A DNA stretch of 27,908 nucleotides from Ostreococcus tauri (taxonomy: Eukaryota). Position numbers and translations under genes: made by a program. The notes beneath the pieces were generated by a model. That model had not been told where the DNA came from. It worked only from the letters and a program-made list of their open reading frames with translations, and did no database searches. The number at the start of each line of letters is the position of its first letter. Position 1 is the first letter of the stretch. This document shows positions 7,493 through 14,956 of the stretch, piece by piece. The DNA lies in assembly GCA_000214015.2 (NCBI GenBank), contig CAID01000007.2, forward strand, positions 207,157 through 235,064. Direction: 5' to 3'.

Positions 7493-10262
7493 ATGTCGCA
7501 CGCGAAGCGCGCGCGGCGTGAGGTGCGTCGATGTGCGCCGCGTTCGCGGCGCGCGCGCGCGCGTGGGCGGGGGTGAAGCGATGCGCGCGTCGAGGAGATC
7601 GAGCTCGAGGCGTGGATTCGATGTGACACGCGGTCTCGGGGATGATGCGCGCGGTCTTTGCGCGCGGGGGGGGGTCGGTGCGTCACGCTGACGTCGTTAC
7701 GTGATTTACGCGCGATTAGGACGGCTCGCACGGCGTTGATGGACCGAACGAGGATGATCTTCGAGAGCTCCGGGACGTGATCATTCACTGCGACGGCTCC
7801 GCGGACGTCTTACGCGGCCTCTCCGGAGACATCGCGCGCGAGGGTGAAACGCTGTGCGAGCACGCGATGGGTTTTGTGATGGAGTGCGTCACGGAGCTGC
7901 CGGTCAAGACGCCGGTGTACGCGACGCTGGTGGGGTTGATCAACGCCACCGCCGGGGAGTTCGGTGGACGCGTCGTGGAGGAGACAAAGACGGCGCTCGA
8001 GGAGGCGCTGAACGGGGGTGATCTCACCCAGCGCACTCGCGCGCGGGTGTTGACGAGGTTTTTAGTGCTCCTGAGCACTGTGGGCGCTGTGCAAAGGATG
8101 GACGTGATGAGGTATTTGGATTCGCTGCTGAAGGAGTCGCAGGCGCTCGCGAAGAAGGGCGCGACGGGATGGCAGCCGCGGGCAGATTGGCTCGCATACG
8201 TCGCTCTGTCCGCGCTTCCGTGGGGTGGGGAATTCTTGTCCAAGTCTGAGTGCTCGAACGAGTTCGAGGGACTGTTGGACGCGGCGGACGCGTACTGCAA
8301 GACGCGCTCCGCCAATCCAGACCCGGCGTCCGTCATCGTTAAGTCTGTGGACGGCACGGAGACGGATTGGTTCGCGGACATGTGCGCTCGCCTGAGTGCG
8401 GCGCACACGGATGGTATTTGGAAGATCGCCTCCATTCCCACCATTGCCGAGCAATTCGTCGAGGAGTTGGCGAGCACAACCAACGCGCATGCTCTTGGAG
8501 ACGTGACCATTTCGACCGTCGAGTTCGCGAGTCATGCCGAAGCTGCGGCGCGATACCCCGGTCGATCGATGCTAAGGTGCGCTTAAGAACAATCGCGATG
8601 TCGAATGTCCGATCGGCGATGAAGATTTACTTTATATATCTCGTTAATCCACTGACCTCGCGCTGATATGAGAAAACGTTCAACGAGCCGAGCGCCGCTC
8701 GAGGGGTGAACCGAGCTCTCGCCGTCGAACGCGGTGACTGACCGAAGCGACTTACAAATTTCATTCGTTCGCACAGAATTTTGGACCCGAGCTTTACCGA
8801 GGGCACGGGTAATGTCGACGCGTGGGGTCCGCTTGAGCGTTTCGTTGCGGAGGAGTACATCGTGGACACCATCTGGGCATTCGAGCCAGGATATCGTCGA
8901 ACTGCGACCATTCCGGCCGCTGAGCAGCTGGCGTCGCTTCCTCTTCCCGCAGAGCAGCCCGAGCAGTGTCAGTTCTTGGTGGCTGAGACTTTGTTTGCCG
9001 AGTTGCTTGCGCTCCCAGAGCCGACGTTTTCGCCCGTCTTCTACCATATCGTCATCCAAGACTTGTGCAAGATCATCCCCACGTTCCCGCCAAAGATGGC
9101 AAAAACGGCGGGTATGATGTTCAGGTCGATCGATCGCATGGACGTGACCGCGCGCGATCGTCTCGCAAGCTGGCTCGCGCACCAAGTTTCGTGCTTTGAT
9201 TTGGTTTGGCCCTGGTCGAGCTGGAAGCACGTGATGGAGCAACAGGAGGACGCACCCCAGCGCGCGTTCGTCGTGGACGCACTGAAGAAATTGTGCCAAC
9301 TCAGTTTCATCGAACGCGTTGAAAAGAGTCTTATCGAGGAGCTCCGACCGCTCCTGCCAACCGGTAGAGGCGTGAACGCCGAGTACATTGCCGAGACGGC
9401 GGCCGACCCCACTTTTGGAAAGCTTCAGCAAATGCTCGCTGAGAAGCGACAGGGGTACGAGGTCGTCCAATGGATCGGCTCCGAGGGAGCGACTATGGCA
9501 AGTCCGGAGGTTTTGCTTCGATCACTCGTCGTCGCCGCGCTCGAGCGCGGACAAAAGTGCATCACGCACCACGACGTTTTGCTCAAGCGATACGCCGCGC
9601 CGATTCGTGAGTTGGTTGAAAAGGCTGGCGGCGAGGTCGCCGTCGACGCCGCGGTCGGGATCTGGCGTGGTCACTATCAGATGGCCCCTATCGCGGTCGA
9701 ACGTTTATTAGCTCTTGATTTAGTCGCGCCATCCGCGGTGGTGAACTGGGTGGTGCAGCGCGCGGCGGTGTTCGGCGAGGATGACACGTACGAGATTGCA
9801 TCCACCGTGTGTGACTTCGTGTGCGCCTCCGAGGCGAGCGTGGTTGGAAAGCGAAGTGCACTGGTGAGTAAGATTCGTGCCGCCGAGGCTGAGGCCTCGG
9901 GTGCTGGTCGTGCCGCCGAGGAGCTCTCTGCCCAGGGTCGGTCGTACGAGGCGCAGCAAGCGGCAGCAGCTGAGGCACAGGCGGTGGAGGAGATCGCCCA
10001 ACACGAGGCTGAGCTCGCCGCCACAGAGGCGCCGATCGCTCGCGCTAACGCATTGGCGCGCGAAACCTGCTTACAACTATGCGGTGGTCTCGTCAAGGCG
10101 AGCGCGCACGGCGCCTCTGCGCCCGTCGCCGAGCGCGTCTTGGCCTTTGTCCGCGCCCGTCGCCTCCAGCTCGCCCTCGACACTGACGCCGTGATCAAGG
10201 CGGCGGGAACGAAGAGCATCGCCAAGACCGCCGTCTCACACGCCCTCGGCGTTCCCTGCTAG
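7493..10262 (+). CDS. NCBP1: Nuclear cap-binding protein subunit 1 (CBP80/NCBP1), 3 exons: 7493-7522, 7720-8576, 8777-10262
   Basis: ORFs 7777..8586 and 8781..10262 together carry CBP80 hallmarks. These are ELPVKTPVYATLVGLIN..FGG (MIF4G helix), ALPWGG, ARYP, ERFVAEEYIVD, AETLFAELLALPEP, and WLAHQVSCFDLVWPWSSW (compare HHLSNFQF.WPWEEW). The junction AG|GTGCGC at 8576/8577 to CACAG| at 8776/8777 restores RYPGRSMLRILDP..ERFV, parallel to plant RYPQRIRRLNIFP..DRFV. Frame 1 is open back to 7720 but has no ATG. An ATG at 7493 (MSHAKRARRE) ending in GAG|GTGCGT joins in phase to TTAG|GAC at 7719/7720. Confidence 0.8.
7523..7719 (+). other. Predicted spliceosomal intron 1 of CBP80 (197 nt, GC-rich, GTGCGT...TTAG, CTGAC branch motif at 7688-7692)
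   Basis: It is needed to supply an ATG to the CBP80 reading frame. Phase 0 on both sides. It contains a (CG)n tract at 7549-7565 and a G9 run at 7666-7674. Confidence 0.5.
8577..8776 (+). other. Predicted spliceosomal intron 2 of CBP80 (200 nt, AT-richer, GTGCGC...CACAG, GTGACTGAC branch motif with CTGAC at 8738-8742)
   Basis: It has in-frame stops and a compositional dip. Splicing restores conserved CBP80 sequence across the junction (phase 2). Confidence 0.8.
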
Positions 10263-10427
10263 ACGATCTTTGTGTTAACACGCGACTCAAACCGTTCGCG
10301 TCTCGCCAGGCCGTCGCGCGCGCGATGGGAAAGACCTAATTCGGATGACGTCGCCCATCGTGACCCCACTTTGTGGAATCGACCCCACACCGCCCCACTC
10401 GTCCTCGCGCGTCTTCGCCCACGCGCG

Positions 10428-11093
10428 ATGTTCGCCTCTCTGAGCTCCAAGATCTCCACCACCGCCCTCCGCGTCGTCCCCAACGTCGCCGGAGAACGAA
10501 AGCGCCGCGCCGCCGTCATCGAGTGCGCGCACAAGAAAGGGACGGGGTCCACGAAGAATGGCCGCGATTCCAATCCGCAGTACCTCGGGGTGAAGAAGTA
10601 CGGCGAGGAGAAGGTCACGGTGGGCTCGATCATCGTCCGACAGGTTGGGAACAAGGTACGAGAAGACGACGCGAGAGGGGCATCGAGGCGAGGCGAGGGA
10701 GGCGCGCGCGACGCGCTCGAGGGTTGAGGGTTTCGCGCGCGCGGCGAGAGGGGTCGACGACGCCGATGTTTTGATGTCGACGCGCGATGTGGGTGAAGAA
10801 GGTGACTGACGATGGACTTTTTACGCGATTCACAGTTCCACGCGGGTGACGGTGTCGGCACCGGTAAAGATTTCACCCTCTTCGCGCTTCGCGACGGCGA
10901 GGTGCACTTCAAGGTTGGCGCGAACAAGAAGAAGTACGTCACTGTCGTTGATGCGGTCGACCGATCCGGTCGCGCCGACGGTCAACCGACGCGTAAGGAC
11001 AAGCGACACGCCATGTACACGCCGCGCGCGGTGCAACGGGCGGCGGCTGAGGAAGGCATGTCTGGGGTCGAAAAGGTCTCCGAGGCGCGCTAG
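10428..11093 (+). CDS. rpmA: Organellar (bacterial-type) ribosomal protein bL27, 2 exons: 10428-10655, 10836-11093
   Basis: ATG verified at 10428. [43 protein letters not shown] | [26 protein letters not shown] matches the bL27 core (AHKK.GGST.NGRDS....LGVK.FGG..V..G.IIVRQRGT.FH.G..VG.G.D.TLFA...G.V.F) once the intron is removed. About 33 aa of presequence precede AHKK. The GVKK.G../FH.G pattern looks closer to plant mitochondrial than plastid L27, but this is a weak inference. Confidence 0.85.
10656..10835 (+). other. Spliceosomal intron of bL27 gene (180 nt, GTACGA...CACAG, GTGACTGAC branch motif with CTGAC at 10806-10810)
   Basis: It splits the universally contiguous RQ.G.K|FH.G motif at phase 0 and is closed in the coding frame (stop TGA at 10725-10727). 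Confidence 0.85.
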
Positions 11094-11352
11094 GCCGTCG
11101 CGCATCGAGACTTACTTCGTAGCCCATTCGTCGAAACCGCATTCTTACCTAGTAGCCGTGTAATCGCTTCAATTAGCTCGATCTTCGTTAGAGTCGTCGT
11201 CCAATCGCGTTCGATCGCGTCATCGGCGAGCGTTCGCCGCGGCGATGGCGTTAATCGAATGTGACACTGGTGGCGGCATTGTCAGACCGCACTCCCCGGC
11301 GTCGTCGAGCGCCCGTCTCGCGCGTTCCTCGCCGTCGAGCGCGATCGAAGCC

Positions 11353-12381
11353 ATGGCGTCCACCGCGCGCGTCGCTCGCGGGCTCGGCGCGCGCGTCGCC
11401 ACGCGCGGTGCGTCTTCCGTCCCGACGAACCGGACGCTGAGCGCGCCGGCGCACCGCGCACGCGTCTCGTCGTCGGGACGCGGCGTCGTGCGCGTCCGCG
11501 CGATGTCGGCGACGATCATCGACGGCAAGGCGATCGCGCAGGCGGTGCGAGAGGAGGTGCGAGAGAAGGTTGCGGCCATGCGGACGCGAACCGGGAAAGT
11601 CCCGGGACTGGCGGTGGTGCTCGTGGGCGAACGCAAGGACTCGCAGACGTACGTGAGGAGTAAAAAGAAAGCGTGCGAAGAGGCGGGCATCGAGTCGTTC
11701 GGAACGGATCTTCCGGAGGACGCGACGGAGGACGAGGTCCTGGCGGTGGTGGAGGCGTACAACGCCGACCCAAACGTGCACGGGATCCTCGTGCAACTGC
11801 CCATGCCCAAGCACATCAACGAGGAGCGCGTGCTCGGGGCGATCAGTTACGAGAAGGACGTCGATGGATTTCACCCTCTAAACATTGGCCGGCTCTCTCA
11901 GCGCGGGCGCGAGCCGCTGTTCGTGCCGTGCACGCCGCGCGGGTGCATCGAACTGCTCGAGCGTACGGGCATTCCAATCGCGGGCAAGGAAGCTGTCGTC
12001 GTCGGGCGATCCAATGTCGTGGGGACACCTGCGGCGCTGTTACTTCAACGACGCGACGCCACGGTCACCATCGTACACTCGAGAACGCCGAACCCGGAGG
12101 AAATCTGCCGCCGCGCCGACATCGTCATCGCCGCGTGCGGACAGATGGAGATGGTCAAGGGTTCGTGGCTCAAGCCCGGGTGCGCCGTGATCGACGTCGG
12201 GATCAACGCCAAAGATGATCCGAGTAAGAAACTCGGGTACCGACTCGTCGGTGACGTCGAGTTTGATTCCGCGAAGGAGGTTGCCGGGCACATCACGCCG
12301 GTGCCGGGCGGCGTCGGGCCAATGACCATCGCGATTTTGCTGCAGAACACGTTGGAGGGCGCGGAGCGAGCGTACGCGTAA
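11353..12381 (+). CDS. folD: Bifunctional 5,10-methylene-tetrahydrofolate dehydrogenase / methenyl-THF cyclohydrolase (FolD) with N-terminal targeting extension
   Basis: IIDGKAIAQAVREEV...PGLAVVLVGERKDSQTYVRSKKKACEEAGI, HGILVQLPMPKHI, DVDGFHPLNIG, VVVGRSNVVGTPAALLL, CAVIDVGIN and TPVPGGVGPMTIAILLQNT are all FolD hallmarks. The ATG at 11353 sits in a GCCATGG context (MASTARVARGLG..., Ser/Ala/Arg-rich). An upstream in-frame ATG at 11245 is also possible. Confidence 0.9.
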   Translation: MASTARVARGLGARVATRGASSVPTNRTLSAPAHRARVSSSGRGVVRVRAMSATIIDGKAIAQAVREEVREKVAAMRTRTGKVPGLAVVLVGERKDSQTYVRSKKKACEEAGIESFGTDLPEDATEDEVLAVVEAYNADPNVHGILVQLPMPKHINEERVLGAISYEKDVDGFHPLNIGRLSQRGREPLFVPCTPRGCIELLERTGIPIAGKEAVVVGRSNVVGTPAALLLQRRDATVTIVHSRTPNPEEICRRADIVIAACGQMEMVKGSWLKPGCAVIDVGINAKDDPSKKLGYRLVGDVEFDSAKEVAGHITPVPGGVGPMTIAILLQNTLEGAERAYA

Positions 12382-12410
12382 CTTGTAACTTAACGAGGGA
12401 ACGAATATGC

Positions 12411-12419
12411 AAAAAGAAA
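12411..12419 (-). terminator. Pol III terminator T-run (TTTCTTTTT on the minus strand) directly after the tRNA 3' end
   Basis: The plus strand reads AAAAAGAAA at 12411-12419, immediately downstream (minus sense) of the discriminator base at 12420. Confidence 0.7.
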
Positions 12420-12613
12420 TGCGGAATGCCAGGATCGAACTGGCGACTTCAGGATAACTCTCGAGAGTCAATCTTGGAGCACGACGTGTCGTGCGCGAGC
12501 GTTCGCTCGGTGAAGTTTTGTGGCTGGTAGATACGAAGCACCTCGCGATGCCCATATTGCAGTATTTTGTTTTGCTATGAGACCTGCACTCTAACCAACT
12601 GAGTTAATTCCGC
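12420..12613 (-). tRNA. trnM-CAU: Elongator tRNA-Met (anticodon CAU) with a 120-nt intron; exons 12613-12576 and 12455-12420
   Basis: Minus strand: GCGGAAT TA ACTC AGTTGGTTA GAGT G CAGGT CTCATA [intron] A TCCTG AAGTC GCCAG TTCGATC CTGGC ATTCCGC A. It has a perfect 7-bp acceptor stem, a 4-bp D stem and a 5-bp T stem. The anticodon stem is 4 bp plus U-U at 31:39. The T-loop is TTCGATC, and A-box and B-box are present. G1:C72 and the TTCGATC T-loop indicate elongator, not initiator. The spliced length is 73 nt. Confidence 0.85.
12456..12575 (-). other. tRNA intron (120 nt) at the canonical 37/38 position
   Basis: This is the sequence between the two cloverleaf halves. It contains the palindrome CTCTCGAGAG (12458-12467) and the hairpins GAGCG-AA-CGCTC and CGAC-AC-GTCG. 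The GAG near the intron 3' end can pair with C32-U33-C34, leaving UU|A bulged at the 3' splice site. Confidence 0.75.
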
Positions 12614-12827
12614 TGCACTGCGTCCGACGCGTGGAGTCGAGACCCCGGTGGAGTCCTCGGAGCCACTCGTCGTCGAGTCATTACTGGTCACCAAGTGAAT
12701 CGTGGTCCGACAAACCGCGCTCAAGAGGTGTCGCAAAACTTACGGGTGCTTTGTGTCTTCCGGCGGCGCGAGGACCGCGCCCCCCCGCGCGCGACGCGAC
12801 GCGTCCCCGCAGTCACCGACGCGACCG

Positions 12828-14090
12828 ATGACCGCGCGCGTGCGCGTCGGACCCACCGCTATCAGCGGCCACGCGTCGCCCCGCGCGTTCCGTCGTCGCG
12901 CGACGTCGCGGCACCACGGTCGACGAACATCCGTGTCCACCACCGCCGCGTCGTCCCAGGACCCGCCGAAATTCGTGCGCGATTCGCGCGACGAAGCGCG
13001 AGCCGCGCAGCCTCTGGACGCCGGACGACGACCGGAAGAGATCAATGCGTTTATTGGAGCGATTAAGGGGGAAATCGGGGGTACGTCGAGTAGTTCATCA
13101 GAAACCTCGGCGGTGACGCTCGCCCTGGCGAAGGAATTCAACGTCGGCGAACGCGTGCGCGTCACCGAAGGAAGATCCGGTGCCACCAAGGTGCAGTTAA
13201 TGCACCCATCTGGATCCTATGCGGATGTGTATCTCAAGGGATCGCTCACGGTGGGGTCGTGGGTGATGGCGAACGGAGGAGAAGTTTTGTTTTACGACGA
13301 CGGGAACTCGGAAAAGCCAGGAGGGATTTCGATGCAGTTTCCGGGAATCACGAGCAAGTCCGAATTCCGGATCATCGAGACGGGAACCGTTGCTGACGAT
13401 ACGCCATTTGTCACTATCGAGTTAGCGGGCGATAACGCGGACTCAACATTCAAGCTGTCCGTGGAAATCTCCTTGGCGTCGCACAACGCGCTGAAGATGA
13501 AGACCACCGTGCACAACACGGGATCGTCCAAATTCGAATACCCTCTCGGCCACAACGCCCACATCGCGGTGTCCGATGCCCACCACGGAGATGTCTATTT
13601 TATCGGTTTCGAAGACTGCGTCTACCTCGACAAGAAGCTGCACTCGACCAAGCCGCGCGTGCGCTTCACCAAGGATTTGGACGCCATGTCGGAGAGATGT
13701 TTCAAGCTCACCGGACCGACGGATAAGACGTACCTGTGTACGAATGATCACAACACGGGCGTCGAGGTCGGAACCGGGTGCACCGTGTACGCTCAAAACC
13801 TTTCGGGCGAAACCGGGTGCGTCGACCGCGTGGTTTTCAATCCGTGGGAGGAATCGCCCAAGGCATACCGATGGTACGCCGGTTTAGGAATAGGAAATTT
13901 TGGAAAGCTTCGAGTGGCGGAACCGGATTCAAAATCGTCGACGGAGGTGCAGTTCAAGGTGGTCGACGCCACCCCGAGCGTCGGTATCAGGGAAGATTTT
14001 GAGCTGCTTGAGAAGATAAACACGCGCAACATGCTCTCTAGGCGGAAGATCGATCTGAGCGATGCCGAGTTGCCGAGCGATTTGCAATAA
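12828..14090 (+). CDS. Galactose-mutarotase-like (aldose / glucose-6-phosphate 1-epimerase-like) protein with N-terminal transit-peptide-like extension
   Basis: The track ORF 12702..14090 starts at a non-ATG codon. The first ATG is 12828 (MTARVRVGPTAISGHASPRAF...). GGEVLFYDD....KPGGISMQFPG (compare ..LF.S......K.IRGGIP.CFPQFG), LKMKTTVHNTGSSKFEYPLGHNAHIAVSD (compare v.N.....f.f..alHtYf.v.d) and DRVVFNPWEE (compare vvWNPW) follow the order of the epimerase fold. The HGFAR block is not recognisable. Confidence 0.5.
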   Translation: MTARVRVGPTAISGHASPRAFRRRATSRHHGRRTSVSTTAASSQDPPKFVRDSRDEARAAQPLDAGRRPEEINAFIGAIKGEIGGTSSSSSETSAVTLALAKEFNVGERVRVTEGRSGATKVQLMHPSGSYADVYLKGSLTVGSWVMANGGEVLFYDDGNSEKPGGISMQFPGITSKSEFRIIETGTVADDTPFVTIELAGDNADSTFKLSVEISLASHNALKMKTTVHNTGSSKFEYPLGHNAHIAVSDAHHGDVYFIGFEDCVYLDKKLHSTKPRVRFTKDLDAMSERCFKLTGPTDKTYLCTNDHNTGVEVGTGCTVYAQNLSGETGCVDRVVFNPWEESPKAYRWYAGLGIGNFGKLRVAEPDSKSSTEVQFKVVDATPSVGIREDFELLEKINTRNMLSRRKIDLSDAELPSDLQ

Positions 14091-14125
14091 ACCAGTATTA
14101 CACCATAACTAGTTAGTATGATGAG

Positions 14126-14872
14126 TCACGTCGCGCCGTTTTCTCCACCCGCATCTCCGCCTTCCAACTCGCCCTTCCACTCGCCTGGTGGCTGCAAATT
14201 CGGCCAGTCGCCTCTGCACCCGAACCGAATGTACAGGTTCTTCCGTCCGCAAATATCCGCGTCCGCGTCCAACAAGGTCTTTATTCCATCCATCACGCGA
14301 TCGGCCACGCTCTCGTAATCATCTTTACCCTTGGAAACTACCACTCGAACCTCGCTGAGTTCGTACGCCTCGCGCTGCGGTGCCGTCTCGTCCGCACCCT
14401 CCTCGTCCACCCAAACCGTGATCATCCCAAACAACCACGTCCAACAGTCCCCGCGCGCCGTCGCCCCGCGTCCACCGCCGCTCGTCGCGACGCACAATCT
14501 CAAGTACGTCGACAGCTGTTCGTGCGCGCTGTTCTCCAGCATCAAACGCTTCGCCTCTGGAGACGCCGCCGCCGACTCATCATCCTCATCCTCGTCATTC
14601 ACCGCACTCGCCGCGCTCTCCACGAGCGCCGGAACGGAGACGCACGCGTACCCGAATCGCTTGGCGAGCGCGCGGGCGACGCCGTCGTTGGCGCGCTCGT
14701 TGTCACCGACGACGCACACGGAGACGCCGCGCATGGCTTCGAGGTCAGACGCCGAAGAAGACGCCGACGACGCGACGGTGTTTCGAGTGGGCGCACATCG
14801 ACGCGCGCGCGTCGATGACATCGATCTGTGTGCGATCGACGCGCGCGTCAACGCGAGCGATGATGCGGACAT
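14126..14872 (-). CDS. Shikimate kinase-like protein with degenerate P-loop (SKL-type), transit-peptide-like N-terminus
   Basis: ATG verified at 14870-14872. VCVVGDNERANDGVARALAKRFGYACV occupies the position of the shikimate kinase i.LvGmmGsGKsTvGk.LA..LgY.f, but GxxGxGK[ST] is replaced by GDNERAND. CVATSGGG and TVWVD match the core and lid strands. The C-terminal LYIRFGCRGDWPNLQPPGEW resembles the tail I recall from plant SKL1-type proteins. Confidence 0.5.
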   Translation of the reverse strand: MSASSLALTRASIAHRSMSSTRARRCAPTRNTVASSASSSASDLEAMRGVSVCVVGDNERANDGVARALAKRFGYACVSVPALVESAASAVNDEDEDDESAAASPEAKRLMLENSAHEQLSTYLRLCVATSGGGRGATARGDCWTWLFGMITVWVDEEGADETAPQREAYELSEVRVVVSKGKDDYESVADRVMDGIKTLLDADADICGRKNLYIRFGCRGDWPNLQPPGEWKGELEGGDAGGENGAT

Positions 14873-14956
14873 GATTTGGCGATGATGATTACGCCGAGTC
14901 GCGAACTGGGGTTGGCTTCAAATTTTGCCGAACGCTCCGACGGATGCCCTGATTTT

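Noticed and set aside
7162-7788. 208-aa minus-strand ORF and 6771..7484 plus-strand ORF around the CBP80 promoter
   Set aside because: They span the intergenic spacer, CBP80 exon 1 and intron 1, and the 5' end of the neighbouring gene. The translations are Arg-rich and low complexity, and the track start codons are not supported by context.
8610-8680. Possible box C/D snoRNA inside CBP80 intron 2 (GATGAAGA ... CTGA ... CTGATATGA)
   Set aside because: There is no canonical RUGAUGA C box and no terminal stem flanking the putative C and D boxes. The CTGA words are expected by chance and as branch-site motifs.
10727-10733. Single AGGGTTT (telo-box core) inside the bL27 intron
   Set aside because: It is tempting because telo-boxes accompany ribosomal-protein genes in plants, but one heptamer is not statistically meaningful here. 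It is only worth revisiting if the genome-wide test proposed for 25897-25931 is positive.
12040-12555. 171-aa minus-strand ORF
   Set aside because: It runs antisense through the conserved FolD C-terminus and then straight across the tRNA-Met 3' exon and intron. It is explained by those two features.
12637-12647. 11-mer TCGAGACCCCG shared by the promoter regions upstream of the mutarotase-like gene (12637-12647) and FtsZ (26041-26051)
   Set aside because: A single shared 11-mer among all word pairs in 28 kb of biased-composition DNA is expected by chance, and there is no further flanking similarity.
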